Part shown: piece by piece, positions 18,722 to 28,529 of the stretch
How the letters are laid out: every line of letters begins with the position of its first letter
Numbering within the stretch: position 1 is the stretch's first letter
Origin: an uncultured bacterium
GTDB lineage: Bacteria > Verrucomicrobiota > Verrucomicrobiia > Verrucomicrobiales > DEV007
Direction: 5' to 3'
NCBI GenBank assembly: GCA_963977015.1
Contig: CAXBMO010000004.1
Coordinates: 1-64,000, forward strand
DNA: 64,000 nucleotides
Program-made: the position numbers and the translations under genes
Notes under the pieces: model-generated
The model's database searches: none
Told to the model about the DNA's origin: nothing
The model's input: only the letters and a program-made list of their open reading frames with translations

Positions 18722-19408
18722 TTAAAGATCATCAAAATTAACCATCCGAACAAACTGGGCGCTATTCAAACGGAATGCTTTGGATGACTCCGTGAGAAAA
18801 ACTTCGTCATCGTCCGTGCATTTGGTAACCAGGGCATTGGCTCCAATGAAACAGCGTTCCCCCACCGTAACACCATGCCCCACAGTACTGTTAACCGCAA
18901 AGAAGCAGTTGTTACCAGCCGTGACCACCCCAGAAATGTTGGCGCAGGATGTCAGCCAGCAATGGTCACCAATCGTGGAATGATGACCGATCATTGCACC
19001 ACTCCAAACGAAAACGTTATCGCCCAGGATCACTCGGGGATGAATGAGAGTATTCTGCATGAGAAAACAGTTTTCTCCAATTTGACAATCTTTGGGAACG
19101 CCGGCGTCCGGATGCACATACGAAATCAAGTGGTACCCCTTTTGACGAGCTTCATCCACTTTTCTGGCGCGTAGGCCGTTCATCTCTTGATAACCTAAAA
19201 CCACGAACATATCATAAGCTTCGGCTGGAAAGGCGCCAGCTACTTCATCAAATGGAACAACGGGCAATCCATTCCAAGCTTCACCTGGCAAATGTTCTCG
19301 GTCCACAGTTATGGCAGACACTTCGTAGTCACTATGGTGCTGCAGGTAGTAGAGGACAACTTCCGCAATTTTTCCGGCACCAAAAAGGACAATAGGCTTC
19401 ATAGACAA
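18722..19408 (-). CDS. NeuD/PglD-type hexapeptide-repeat acyltransferase
   Basis: IVLFGAGKIAE N-terminal domain, LISYVHP, IGENCF/LGDNVF/IGHHSTIGDHCW hexapeptides. Confidence 0.85.
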   Translation of the reverse strand: MSMKPIVLFGAGKIAEVVLYYLQHHSDYEVSAITVDREHLPGEAWNGLPVVPFDEVAGAFPAEAYDMFVVLGYQEMNGLRARKVDEARQKGYHLISYVHPDAGVPKDCQIGENCFLMQNTLIHPRVILGDNVFVWSGAMIGHHSTIGDHCWLTSCANISGVVTAGNNCFFAVNSTVGHGVTVGERCFIGANALVTKCTDDDEVFLTESSKAFRLNSAQFVRMVNFDDL

Positions 19409-19432
19409 ACAAATTGGATTTCAGGATTGCTT

Positions 19433-20983
19433 TTAAAGAGCTTGCCGATCGATCTTACCGTTGGCGTTTTTCGGTAGTTGCTCGAGGATCGAGATCGTCT
19501 TCGGCATCATATAGGGAGGCAGGTATCGGGACGCTTCTTCAAGCAGTTCTTCCGTGCAGCGTTCCCGAGATAATGCGACAAAACCTAGAATCATACCCAT
19601 ACCTTCTCCTAATTTCTTGTAGACCGCAGCCGCTTCGTTTACTCCGTCCAACGCGTTTAGAGCCGCTTCAATTTCCTCGAGTTCAATCCGGTAGCCCATA
19701 TGTTTGATTTGAAAATCAACCCGGCCTTTAAAATGGAGATGCCCTTGAGGATCCCGCTCCACGAGGTCCCCCGTGCGGTAGCCGATATCTCGAAACAAAT
19801 TGTGGGACGGGTTCTGGACGAAGGCATTCGCTGTGCGCTCAGGGTCATGGTAATAGCCGAGCGCAATTTGCGGTCCGGTTAGAAAAAGTTCCCCAACATT
19901 CGAATCGTCGCCGGTTGCCAGAATTTCATAACCAAAGTTCGGCGCGAGGTAACCAAGCATGGCCAAATTCTTCATATCATCGAGGTCGGCGGAGGAAATG
20001 GTGTGGGCAGAACAGATGCACGTGCCCTCCGTAGGTCCATAGACGTTCTCCAAATCGGCACGGTCGGCGTAAAGTTCGAATAGTTGCTTCAGCTTGGGCT
20101 TGGGAAAACCCTCTCCCCCAAAAATAATCTTACGTACGGACGGAAAATCGTCCTGGCTCAAGGCACGAGTGGTGAGCAGATAGACGAGCAACGATGGGAC
20201 TGAAAACCAGATCGTACAACGGCTTCGACCGATCGCAGTAACCAGTTGTTTGGGATCTTTGGCCACCTCGGTCCCAATCGGCACGAGAGCTGCGCCGTTG
20301 AAGAGCGACGCATAAAAATCAAACACAGAATTGTCAAAGTAGATTGGGTTCGCATTCGAGAAGACATCTTCCGGAGTTATTTCGAAACGATCTCGAGCCC
20401 AGTCGATAAAATGAAGCAGGCTTCCGTGAGAAATAACCGCGCCCTTGGGATAGCCGGTCGATCCTGACGTGAACATGATGTAGGCCGGATCTGCACTCGT
20501 GAAGACTCCAAATCCACGTTCGAGGACTTCAGCTTCACCATCCCCCATCTTCATCGAGGCCAACTTGTCCCCCAGGTGAATCGTTTCCCTGGTAGTGTCT
20601 AGTTCGAGATGATCGATCAACTCACGATTTCTACCAGCCTCAAAAAGATCGACCAGCAATGTCGGCCGACAAGTCTGGAGCATACGTCGCGCACGCTCCG
20701 GCGGACTGGCCGGGTCAAGATTCGTGTAGATGGCACCCAAGCGCAGGCAAGCCAGCATGATCGCGAAAGCGGACGGCGACTTGTCATGAAGGAGAGCCAC
20801 CACATCATGCCTGCCTACCCCCCGCCCTTGTAACAACAGAGCAGCCCGCAAGGAGAGGTCCTGTAATTCCCGATAGCTTGTGACTACCCCGTTGGGATAA
20901 ATCAAGGCTGATCTATCTGGACTTGATTCTGCAATCTTATCAAACTGCTGCGCGAGATTGTAGATATATGGAGATACCATCAA
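19433..20983 (-). CDS. Stand-alone amino-acid adenylation enzyme (DltA-like)
   Basis: AYIMFTSGSTGYPKG, FDNSV, NVYGPTE, YRTGD, GRVDFQIK.MGYRIELEEIE, LPPYMMP, NANGKIDR. Confidence 0.9.
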   Translation of the reverse strand: MMVSPYIYNLAQQFDKIAESSPDRSALIYPNGVVTSYRELQDLSLRAALLLQGRGVGRHDVVALLHDKSPSAFAIMLACLRLGAIYTNLDPASPPERARRMLQTCRPTLLVDLFEAGRNRELIDHLELDTTRETIHLGDKLASMKMGDGEAEVLERGFGVFTSADPAYIMFTSGSTGYPKGAVISHGSLLHFIDWARDRFEITPEDVFSNANPIYFDNSVFDFYASLFNGAALVPIGTEVAKDPKQLVTAIGRSRCTIWFSVPSLLVYLLTTRALSQDDFPSVRKIIFGGEGFPKPKLKQLFELYADRADLENVYGPTEGTCICSAHTISSADLDDMKNLAMLGYLAPNFGYEILATGDDSNVGELFLTGPQIALGYYHDPERTANAFVQNPSHNLFRDIGYRTGDLVERDPQGHLHFKGRVDFQIKHMGYRIELEEIEAALNALDGVNEAAAVYKKLGEGMGMILGFVALSRERCTEELLEEASRYLPPYMMPKTISILEQLPKNANGKIDRQAL

Positions 20984-21021
20984 ATTTTTACTAGAACTGA
21001 GAGAACGAAATCCTATTTCCT

Positions 21022-21771
21022 CTAAAGGGTAAGACCACCATCGATTTCCATGACGGCGCCGTTCACATAATCATTTTCAATGATGAACCGGGCAGTGCGG
21101 TAGATGTCATCTAATGTCCCCAATTTGCGTAATGGAATTCTGCGCTCAAGTTCCGCAATCTTGGCCTCACTTAAGGCCTCCCTTGTGGAGGGAGTGTCAA
21201 TGAAACCGGGGGCGATGGAAGCAAACCGCAGTCCAAAAGGACCAAGCTCTTTAGCCCAAGTCTTCGTTAGGGCATTCACTCCGGCCTTGGCCGCAGAATA
21301 GGCCGATTGCCCGGCATTTCCCTGAGCTGAAATCGAACTCATATTAATCGCGACTCCCTTCCGTCGTTTCCGGACCCAATCGCCAACTGCTGCCCTCGTT
21401 ACGAAGAATGTGGAGTCCAGATTCGACGCCAGAGTGTCTCTCCACGTGTCAACCGAATGAAGCGGATCCAGGCGGTCTAGTAGGTTCACAAGCGGCTCGC
21501 TGTGGATTACACCTGCATTGTTGACAACTACATCGGAAACAAACCCGCTCTCCTCCAACTGTCTTAAGGCGGAGGCAACTTCATCAGCACACGAAAGATC
21601 CGCCACGACCGCCAACACTCCCGAGCATTCAGACTTCAGAGCATCGGCTGCCCCAGCATCCCTCTCGATTGTGGCAACTTTCGCACCTTCGTAGCGGAAT
21701 TTTTCCAAAAGGAAACGCCCAATTCCACGTCCAGCACCAGTGATTAAGATCTGGGATCCTTCAATTCTCAT
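21022..21771 (-). CDS. SDR oxidoreductase, FabG-like
   Basis: ITGAGRGIG, VNNAG, GNAGQSAYSAAK, IAPGFIDT, DGG. Confidence 0.9.
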   Translation of the reverse strand: MRIEGSQILITGAGRGIGRFLLEKFRYEGAKVATIERDAGAADALKSECSGVLAVVADLSCADEVASALRQLEESGFVSDVVVNNAGVIHSEPLVNLLDRLDPLHSVDTWRDTLASNLDSTFFVTRAAVGDWVRKRRKGVAINMSSISAQGNAGQSAYSAAKAGVNALTKTWAKELGPFGLRFASIAPGFIDTPSTREALSEAKIAELERRIPLRKLGTLDDIYRTARFIIENDYVNGAVMEIDGGLTL

Positions 21772-21782
21772 TCAAGATGACG

Positions 21783-22007
21783 CTAAATTTTTCCATACTT
21801 CTCCAACACATTTTTCGCATCCAAAACCGTTTTCAATTCAGCGATTTCATCTCCAGTCATTTGAAACTCATAGATTTGTTCCAAGCGTGTGATGAAAACC
21901 ATGTGGCTCATCGAATCCCATGTAGATAGATCGCTTAAGGAGCACGAATCCTGCACGTTTCCCGCAGGAACTTGAAATACCTCAGACGTAATTTCTTCGA
22001 CGGTCAT
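21783..22007 (-). CDS. Acyl/aminoacyl carrier protein
   Basis: 74 aa acidic protein with WDSMSH phosphopantetheine attachment motif. Confidence 0.88.
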   Translation of the reverse strand: MTVEEITSEVFQVPAGNVQDSCSLSDLSTWDSMSHMVFITRLEQIYEFQMTGDEIAELKTVLDAKNVLEKYGKI

Positions 22008-22037
22008 TGAAAATATGGTATAAAATTAGGTAAGATA

Positions 22038-22745
22038 TTAGGCACAAAGGCGTACATGCCGTAGGGCCGAACAGATTTCCGAAACATCATTGTGCATTAG
22101 CAAATCCAAGATGGACAGATTCGGCCCTTCGCAGCCTCCATGCTTCAACTTGATGTTTTCCCAGTTGGTTTCGAGAAAAATCAGTTCGATTCCACGTTCC
22201 GCAAAATTTTCCCGCTGATACATTTCCCGCCCACCCGACAAATTCACATACTTAGTAGCAGATAAAACTTGGCAAAGGCTCAGAATTCGCTCAGCCCCCC
22301 ACTTTCCGTCCTTTGGAAATTGGGCCGATGTCTCCACAATTTCTGTACTGACACCAAGTTGGTCACGAAGAATCCGAAGGCTGCGTGCGAGGAACCGGCT
22401 CAAGTTGAGTTCGTCAGTATCAAGTAATTCGCGCATAAGCTCTAATCCTTGGTGAAGTTGATGAGAATTTCCATACACGCCTTGAAGCGTTCGGAGCATC
22501 TTCATGCGCCATTCAGAACCTGGCTGAAGTTCAATTTCATTGATCAGCTTGTTCTGACTCGCTTTTACAAGTGGAACCGTCATCCATTGTGCCATCCCGT
22601 CAGATCTCGCGATCCGGTTTCGATTGATCCAACCTCGATTGATATAGTTGACATCATCGAGGATCACAAACCGATCCACTGCTTCCAACAATTGCCAGTA
22701 CCCCAGATAGGGTAGAAAATAGGGTTGCATGATCGCGATTGTCAC
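22038..22745 (-). CDS. WbqC family protein
   Basis: IAIMQPYFLPYLGYWQL, FVILDDVNYINRGWINRNRI, YVNLSGGREMY, LSILDLLM. Confidence 0.9.
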   Translation of the reverse strand: MTIAIMQPYFLPYLGYWQLLEAVDRFVILDDVNYINRGWINRNRIARSDGMAQWMTVPLVKASQNKLINEIELQPGSEWRMKMLRTLQGVYGNSHQLHQGLELMRELLDTDELNLSRFLARSLRILRDQLGVSTEIVETSAQFPKDGKWGAERILSLCQVLSATKYVNLSGGREMYQRENFAERGIELIFLETNWENIKLKHGGCEGPNLSILDLLMHNDVSEICSALRHVRLCA

Positions 22746-22872
22746 AATATCTGGAGTCTCAATTTTAGGTTCTCGGTTATTTTATCATCTTGCTCGATAA
22801 TAGAAAGCAATTGCCTACCACTTGCGCCCAAATGACCTACCGGAAAAAATCTTGTCACGATTCAGCCAATAA

Positions 22873-24198
22873 CTACGGTTGCCGTGACGGCTCGACAGAA
22901 ACCAGAGTTTCCGACAACCACCGACAATGTGCTCTTCTTGGTACTAAGCGGTGTGCCGCACCATTGAGAACCAACTTTTCTATTTCGCAGGCGTTATGAG
23001 GTGGAAACTTGGGTTCCTTCCGTTGGCTTTTCCCGGTTAGACGAAGTAGTCGCTGCTTGGCGAGAATCTGACTAATTCTCCGTCGATCCGTGGCTCCAAG
23101 AAGATTAAGTTCTTCCTTCCGAAAGCTAACAATATCATCTACTCGTTCGAATACCGGTCGAACTCGATCTAAGAAGGTCCCCTGTACATTGGCTATGACC
23201 GGGGCACATTTAGCCAACGCCCTTTGGATCGCCGCCGTGGGTGGATCTGCGATCAGACGCCGCTCTATCGCACGAAATACTTCATCCTCAGTGTAGGTCA
23301 CTTCGCTGATTTCAACCGGCAACGTCTGCGTGCCTGCATAGACACCATTCGGAAGGTAGGATATAGGATGATGACCACTGAACAACGCCTCAATCGCAGT
23401 AGTGCAGTCGAGGTGAATCACTATCTTCGCGCAGGAACTCGAACGTGAAATGGGTCGTCGGCCATCGTCGACAAATACATTGGGAACCAATGTAAATTTA
23501 TCCTTATAGGTTGCAGCAATTTCAACTGGATGAGGACGAATGAGAATATTAAGATCAGGATACCGCTTACTCAGATTCGATATCAACTCGAAATACGATT
23601 TCATATCCATCTTACTCTGTTCGATCGATTTGCGCTGATCGTTAGTGAGTTGTTTTCCGTTATAGATCCGAGAGTTGCAAGGAGTGAACTTTGTGTTGAT
23701 TAGAATGTACGGACGTAACTTGGAGATCTCCTGATCTAGATCGGCATGATAGCCGGCCAGTTCTTTTTTACATAGATCAAACCGCGGGTTTCCAGTGATC
23801 ATAACCTGGTCACTGGAGAACCGCTCAGGCAATCCCCTCATCAAATTTGCCTGCTTGCTGCCCCATGCCCAATAGATTTGTCTTTCTGAGACTGACCCTT
23901 TGGGAAACCGCTTCTCAATTGCCGAATGGTACCGGTTCTCGGGATAAATTCCGCCTTCTTCATCAAGGCATATTCCAAATCCACCATTCTTAACAATATG
24001 ATCCTCTTCCTCGGCGCTCACGCCACCAACTGACTTGTCGATCCACATGACGGGAAACTTATTCCTCATCACCCAAGGCTTGATCGACTCCCTTCGTCCC
24101 ACTAGGCTTGTGAAACCAAGTTCCGAGAGTTGGCACGCAGTCAGGAAACGGGGTTCAAAGTCTCTTACCCGAGTTTCAGTAATCCAGCAAAGAATCAT
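22873..24198 (-). CDS. Surface carbohydrate biosynthesis protein (TIGR04396-like, probable GT-B fold)
   Basis: ETRVRDF, LDEEGG, WGSKQ, TGNPRFDL, ILINTKF, IRPHPVE, HLDCTTAIEA. Start taken at ATG 24198. Confidence 0.7.
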   Translation of the reverse strand: MILCWITETRVRDFEPRFLTACQLSELGFTSLVGRRESIKPWVMRNKFPVMWIDKSVGGVSAEEEDHIVKNGGFGICLDEEGGIYPENRYHSAIEKRFPKGSVSERQIYWAWGSKQANLMRGLPERFSSDQVMITGNPRFDLCKKELAGYHADLDQEISKLRPYILINTKFTPCNSRIYNGKQLTNDQRKSIEQSKMDMKSYFELISNLSKRYPDLNILIRPHPVEIAATYKDKFTLVPNVFVDDGRRPISRSSSCAKIVIHLDCTTAIEALFSGHHPISYLPNGVYAGTQTLPVEISEVTYTEDEVFRAIERRLIADPPTAAIQRALAKCAPVIANVQGTFLDRVRPVFERVDDIVSFRKEELNLLGATDRRRISQILAKQRLLRLTGKSQRKEPKFPPHNACEIEKLVLNGAAHRLVPRRAHCRWLSETLVSVEPSRQP

Positions 24199-24199
24199 C

Positions 24200-25264
24200 T
24201 TAGTCTTCCGCCTTGTAAAGTCGCAATTCCGAATGAAACCCATCCACAGTTTTAAACCCAAATGGATAGACATTGGTCGCAACCAGCTCGAAGCCGCGAG
24301 CTCTGAACATTCGGTCGTAATCACTCCCAAGTATGGGCCGATCAACTCCCCAAGGGCAGGTCTCGGATCGCTTCGGTTTCCCCTCTCTCAGATTCCGTAT
24401 CAATGCATATTTTGACTCAAGCCGCTGCATATGATCGAGATAATGCTCAACGATCTCAGGTTCCATTTCCTGAAACGAAATGAAATTGACAAACAGATCG
24501 ATTGGGCCTCGAATTTTTTCCAATTGCCAGGGGCACACAACCAAGGCAGAGCCACTAAATTTGTCCATTTCAATTTCAGCGGCACGTTTAGCAAACTGAT
24601 AGTCAAAAAAGGAACCTTCAGGATAAATAGAATTTAAATAGTAGGACGCGGCGAAAGCAGATGGTGGAATGTCTACGTCAACATACGCATAATCCCGGTC
24701 CGTATCCTTAAGAAGAATCTCACCCAACGTCCCGAAGCCGCCACCAACCTCCAACACCTTTGATAGATCGGATGTATCAACATTCTGTTTTAGAAAAACC
24801 AACCCGTTCAGATAATTCAACATGGATCGACTGAAGTTTCTTCCTTCAAAATTCCAATGTTCATCTGGACACCCCACTTTCGATTCCGAGCAATTGGAAA
24901 GGTGCGGGGGTTGGTCTGCCCTGTCTCCTGCCATGTAGGTCCGATAATCAGAATTTGCTAGATATGCACCGTTCCTAAGCCACTCAAACAATGCCCGCCC
25001 TTTTTGAGTTTCTAATTTTTCATTACCAGGAAGATTGGCGATCAATTCAACAAATTCCTGTCCGTAAAATGCCAGAGAGTCTAATTGATAGGTAGGAACG
25101 AAGCACCGCTTGGCACCAGGAAGCTGACGGAAGTTTTTGATATTCTCACCACACAGTTCAGTGCCTATTTCCAACAAGGCCTTCTCCCAGAACTGCGATG
25201 GCCTGTGGAGGGCACTTTGACATGACATATCGGACAACATTTCATCGAGAAGATTAGCTTTCAT
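24200..25264 (-). CDS. Putative sugar O-methyltransferase (TIGR04371-like)
   Basis: PSQFW, ESKVGCP, VLEVGGGFGTLG, VDIPP, DLFVNFISFQEM. Confidence 0.8.
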   Translation of the reverse strand: MKANLLDEMLSDMSCQSALHRPSQFWEKALLEIGTELCGENIKNFRQLPGAKRCFVPTYQLDSLAFYGQEFVELIANLPGNEKLETQKGRALFEWLRNGAYLANSDYRTYMAGDRADQPPHLSNCSESKVGCPDEHWNFEGRNFSRSMLNYLNGLVFLKQNVDTSDLSKVLEVGGGFGTLGEILLKDTDRDYAYVDVDIPPSAFAASYYLNSIYPEGSFFDYQFAKRAAEIEMDKFSGSALVVCPWQLEKIRGPIDLFVNFISFQEMEPEIVEHYLDHMQRLESKYALIRNLREGKPKRSETCPWGVDRPILGSDYDRMFRARGFELVATNVYPFGFKTVDGFHSELRLYKAED

Positions 25265-25345
25265 ATTATTGAGTTCTGTCTTTGATAATCGGACTCGAGT
25301 TTCGCCAGATCACTACTGGCACAGATTCGGTAAAATCGGGTGATA

Positions 25346-26407
25346 CTATACGCCTCCGACACCCAATAAATCCCAATCAAGCGGAGTTCCTCGCTCAATA
25401 TCCACGGCAGCGAAACGCCCCAATACCTGTGTGATGAATTTAGGTGGCAAGCCATGACCCGGCCGGATCGCACGGATGTTTTCCGCTGTAAATGCCTCCC
25501 CAGCTCGAATACGTTTTACCGCGAATAAAGAGCGCCGGTAGTCCCGTATCCCGATATCCGCGCTGACGGGACCATAGTTAACTTCACCCATGGCCTTTTC
25601 CGCGATACGGACTGCATCGACCATCGCTTTAAACTCATTTGGCTCCAGCGAGAAGGCGCTATCGGGCCCGCCATCAGTTCGACGCAACGTTAAGTGTTTC
25701 TCGATTATGCCAGCCCCCACAGCAGCCGAAGCCACAGGGACCGCAATTCCCATGGTATGGTCGGAAAGCCCGGCAACGACTCCAAAAGCTTCGGCCAAGT
25801 GCGGGATCGTCCGCAAATTCATGTCTTCAGGAGGTGACGGGTAGGCACTTGTGCACTTGAGCAGAGCCAAATCATGTGCCCCTCCAGTAATAGCGGCATC
25901 CACCGCTTCGGCAATTTCGCTCAAATTTCCCATCCCGGTGGAAATGATTAGTGGCTTTCCAGTTGCGGCGACCTTTTGAATCAACGGAATATCGACCAAC
26001 TCAAACGAGGCAATTTTGTAGGCTGGAATATCGAGAGTTTGAAGAAAATCCACCGCAGTAGCATCAAAGGGACTACTGAAGAAGTGAACACCAAGTTCTT
26101 TGCATCGCTCAGCTAGCTTTGGCTGCCAATCCCAGGGCATTGAACCTTCGCCGTATATGTCGTGCAAATTTTTGCCGTCCCACATCGTTCCCCCACTGAT
26201 CTGAAAGTGGTCCTGATGAGCATCGATCGTCATTGAATCAGCCGTGTAGGTTTGGACCTTAATCGCATCCGCGCCAGCCTCAACAGCGGCGACCACCAAC
26301 TCCATCGCTTTCGCGAAATCACCGTTGTGGTTCGCAGACAGTTCGGCAATGATCAATGCATGGCCCGAGCGGTAAGTTTTGCCGCCCATGGAAAAGGTGT
26401 CTTTCAT
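25346..26407 (-). CDS. pseI: Pseudaminic acid synthase
   Basis: IIAELSANHNG, KVQTYTADSMT, YKIASFELVD, LKCTSAYP, GLSDHT, GGPDSAFSLEP, RRSLF, IRPGHGL; pse gene context. Confidence 0.93.
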   Translation of the reverse strand: MKDTFSMGGKTYRSGHALIIAELSANHNGDFAKAMELVVAAVEAGADAIKVQTYTADSMTIDAHQDHFQISGGTMWDGKNLHDIYGEGSMPWDWQPKLAERCKELGVHFFSSPFDATAVDFLQTLDIPAYKIASFELVDIPLIQKVAATGKPLIISTGMGNLSEIAEAVDAAITGGAHDLALLKCTSAYPSPPEDMNLRTIPHLAEAFGVVAGLSDHTMGIAVPVASAAVGAGIIEKHLTLRRTDGGPDSAFSLEPNEFKAMVDAVRIAEKAMGEVNYGPVSADIGIRDYRRSLFAVKRIRAGEAFTAENIRAIRPGHGLPPKFITQVLGRFAAVDIERGTPLDWDLLGVGGV

Positions 26408-26408
26408 G

Positions 26409-27110
26409 TTAGACTAATTTCAGGAATTCTCTTACACCACCCCAACCAACAGCCGCAATCGTATCAATGATAGAAAGATGACTGACGAAACCTATTCCGT
26501 GCTGCTCATAAGTTGGATGTAACCAATTCTGGAAAACCAATTCTACCCCTTGGCTTTCAAAGTTGGATCGTGATTCTTCAAGATAAATTGAGGAGCCCGC
26601 ATTGCTGTAATAACGATCTGCCTCGAAATGATTGCATATATTTAAGAGAAGTTGATCTCGGCCCCCGGTGCAAGGGAGTTTAGAAGCTCGAACAAATTGG
26701 GTCCTAGCCCCCAGTTCGCCAGCGACCTGCTTTATAAACGCCATATTCAGCTCTGCCAAGTATGCGTGATCTTCACCCAAAGCTGGCCCCAAAGCCATTT
26801 CCGCGTCCGCGAATGACGGCGCTTTCTGTAAGTTTGCGGCGATCGTCTTCATCTGTTTTCCCCGCCACCCCGGAGGATTTGGTGCAATCTCAATGTCCTT
26901 AATCACGGTGGAAAGAGACTGTTTGCGAATAGGAACTGAAAGCCACTGAACGTCACCTTTCGGAGTGCGTATTCGATTACGTGACTGCCAGCTTTGCTTT
27001 TCAAACTGGACGGAATCGAGGAACACAAAAACGTCCGCCCGTGCCACCAAGTCAAAATAGCCCAGCCATGGCAAATAAGTAGGTTGAGTGATTGCGATCG
27101 TTTTGCCCAA
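26409..27110 (-). CDS. WbqC family protein (second paralog)
   Basis: IAITQPTYLPWLGYFD, FVFLDSVQFEKQSWQSRNRI, HPTYEQ, FVSHLSIID. Confidence 0.9.
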   Translation of the reverse strand: MGKTIAITQPTYLPWLGYFDLVARADVFVFLDSVQFEKQSWQSRNRIRTPKGDVQWLSVPIRKQSLSTVIKDIEIAPNPPGWRGKQMKTIAANLQKAPSFADAEMALGPALGEDHAYLAELNMAFIKQVAGELGARTQFVRASKLPCTGGRDQLLLNICNHFEADRYYSNAGSSIYLEESRSNFESQGVELVFQNWLHPTYEQHGIGFVSHLSIIDTIAAVGWGGVREFLKLV

Positions 27111-27125
27111 AGCGTCGTCAAAAGG

Positions 27126-28529
27126 TTAGCCTACGTTTCCCCTGGAATCCTCCAAACCAGACTGTCCCACCACTATCGTGTCATGCACTTCTTGCAGAAC
27201 TTGCCTCATGAAGAATGATTGTCCGCTAGCGCGCCCCAATAATGTAACGTTCTCCGCCAAAGCTCCGGCCGCTTTGGTCAGTTTGGCGCAACTTCCAATA
27301 AACTGCGGAGTCATTACTGGAAACCCAGGAGAAACCAATTGGGTAGCCGATTTTAAGATTTTCGATTCGACTGGCAAAACTCCCATCTGAACGAGCTCCG
27401 CCAGAATATTCGATTCAGAGACTTTCTCATCTTGAGCGCCGTTAACAGGTGGTAGCATAACCTCAACGGTTAGCCTGGAAGGAGTCCGTCCAGGCCTACC
27501 TTCAAGCACATCATAAAGTGTGACGCGAAACGTCTTCATTGAAGGATCGTAACAGCTAACGTAGAACACATCACACATCTTGACCGGCTGATCGATGATG
27601 AAATCAAACAGCAACGTTTGGCAGAACCTCGGTCGCACCATGCCTGCCGGCATTTGTGCCCCTACCACTTTAAGTAGAGCAAACGGCGGCGCGGTCCATA
27701 TAAGCTGGTCGAAGGCGATCGTTGTTTTGTCGGCCAGATTCAGACTCGTGACTGAGCAGCCTTCTATATGGCACGAATCGATAGCCGTGCCAGCCTTAAT
27801 TGCCACACCTTTCGCCTGGAGGTCTGTGGTTACTTTCTCGGCCCATTGGCCGATTCCCCCGCTTTGGGGATAGAGATGCCTAACCGGACGCGCGCCAACT
27901 CGCGGATCGTGGAAAGCGAACCGCTCGTCGTTCCAATCGTTGGCTGCTTTCAGCGCTTTGGCCTCTTCCGGTGTGCCGCAAACCAAGCGACTCATTCCGA
28001 CAAGGTGGTGCGCCAGCGGAATCAGTTCCTCCAAATTAGTCCCAAAGAATTTTTTAAGCACCGGAGAGAAAACCTTCTCGGCAAAAACGTCACCAAAGGT
28101 CTTTCGCACATATTGGTCTAAGTTCTCGGCACCCTCGAAACGCGGGAGCCCGAGCATTTGCTTCAATCCTAGGTTGTGAACTTCATCGCCGAGCCCGCGA
28201 ACATCCACGAAACCGGATTTCGAAAGATTTCCACCAAAAAAGGTAGCGCTCGGGCATGAGGCATAGGCATTCCAACCATCGCTGGACTCCATACCTTGAA
28301 ATAGAGCCTCGTCCAGCACCTCGATACCGGTGTCTTCCAAAACGTGGGTTCCGAAGTCGAATGAGCCCATCCCTTCGATGTGGCGCGAGCGAAGTAAACC
28401 ACCCAACTTAGGAGCAGACTCAACCAACGTCACGGACTGCACTCCTTGGCGTTGCGCCAATGCCGCCGCCGCAAGGCCAGCCAACCCGCCGCCGACCACG
28501 CACACGCGATCTGTTGATTTGAGCTTCAT
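27126..28529 (-). CDS. FAD/NAD(P)-dependent oxidoreductase (protoporphyrinogen/amine oxidase-like)
   Basis: VVGGGLAGL, E...LGGLLRS, FDFGTH, YP..GG, LLGR. Confidence 0.75.
   Translation of the reverse strand: MKLKSTDRVCVVGGGLAGLAAAALAQRQGVQSVTLVESAPKLGGLLRSRHIEGMGSFDFGTHVLEDTGIEVLDEALFQGMESSDGWNAYASCPSATFFGGNLSKSGFVDVRGLGDEVHNLGLKQMLGLPRFEGAENLDQYVRKTFGDVFAEKVFSPVLKKFFGTNLEELIPLAHHLVGMSRLVCGTPEEAKALKAANDWNDERFAFHDPRVGARPVRHLYPQSGGIGQWAEKVTTDLQAKGVAIKAGTAIDSCHIEGCSVTSLNLADKTTIAFDQLIWTAPPFALLKVVGAQMPAGMVRPRFCQTLLFDFIIDQPVKMCDVFYVSCYDPSMKTFRVTLYDVLEGRPGRTPSRLTVEVMLPPVNGAQDEKVSESNILAELVQMGVLPVESKILKSATQLVSPGFPVMTPQFIGSCAKLTKAAGALAENVTLLGRASGQSFFMRQVLQEVHDTIVVGQSGLEDSRGNVG

Noticed and set aside
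19433-22007. Canonical dlt operon or secondary-metabolite NRPS
   Set aside because: There is no DltB/MBOAT, C domain or TE domain, the DltA pocket Cys is absent, and the context is glycan biosynthesis.
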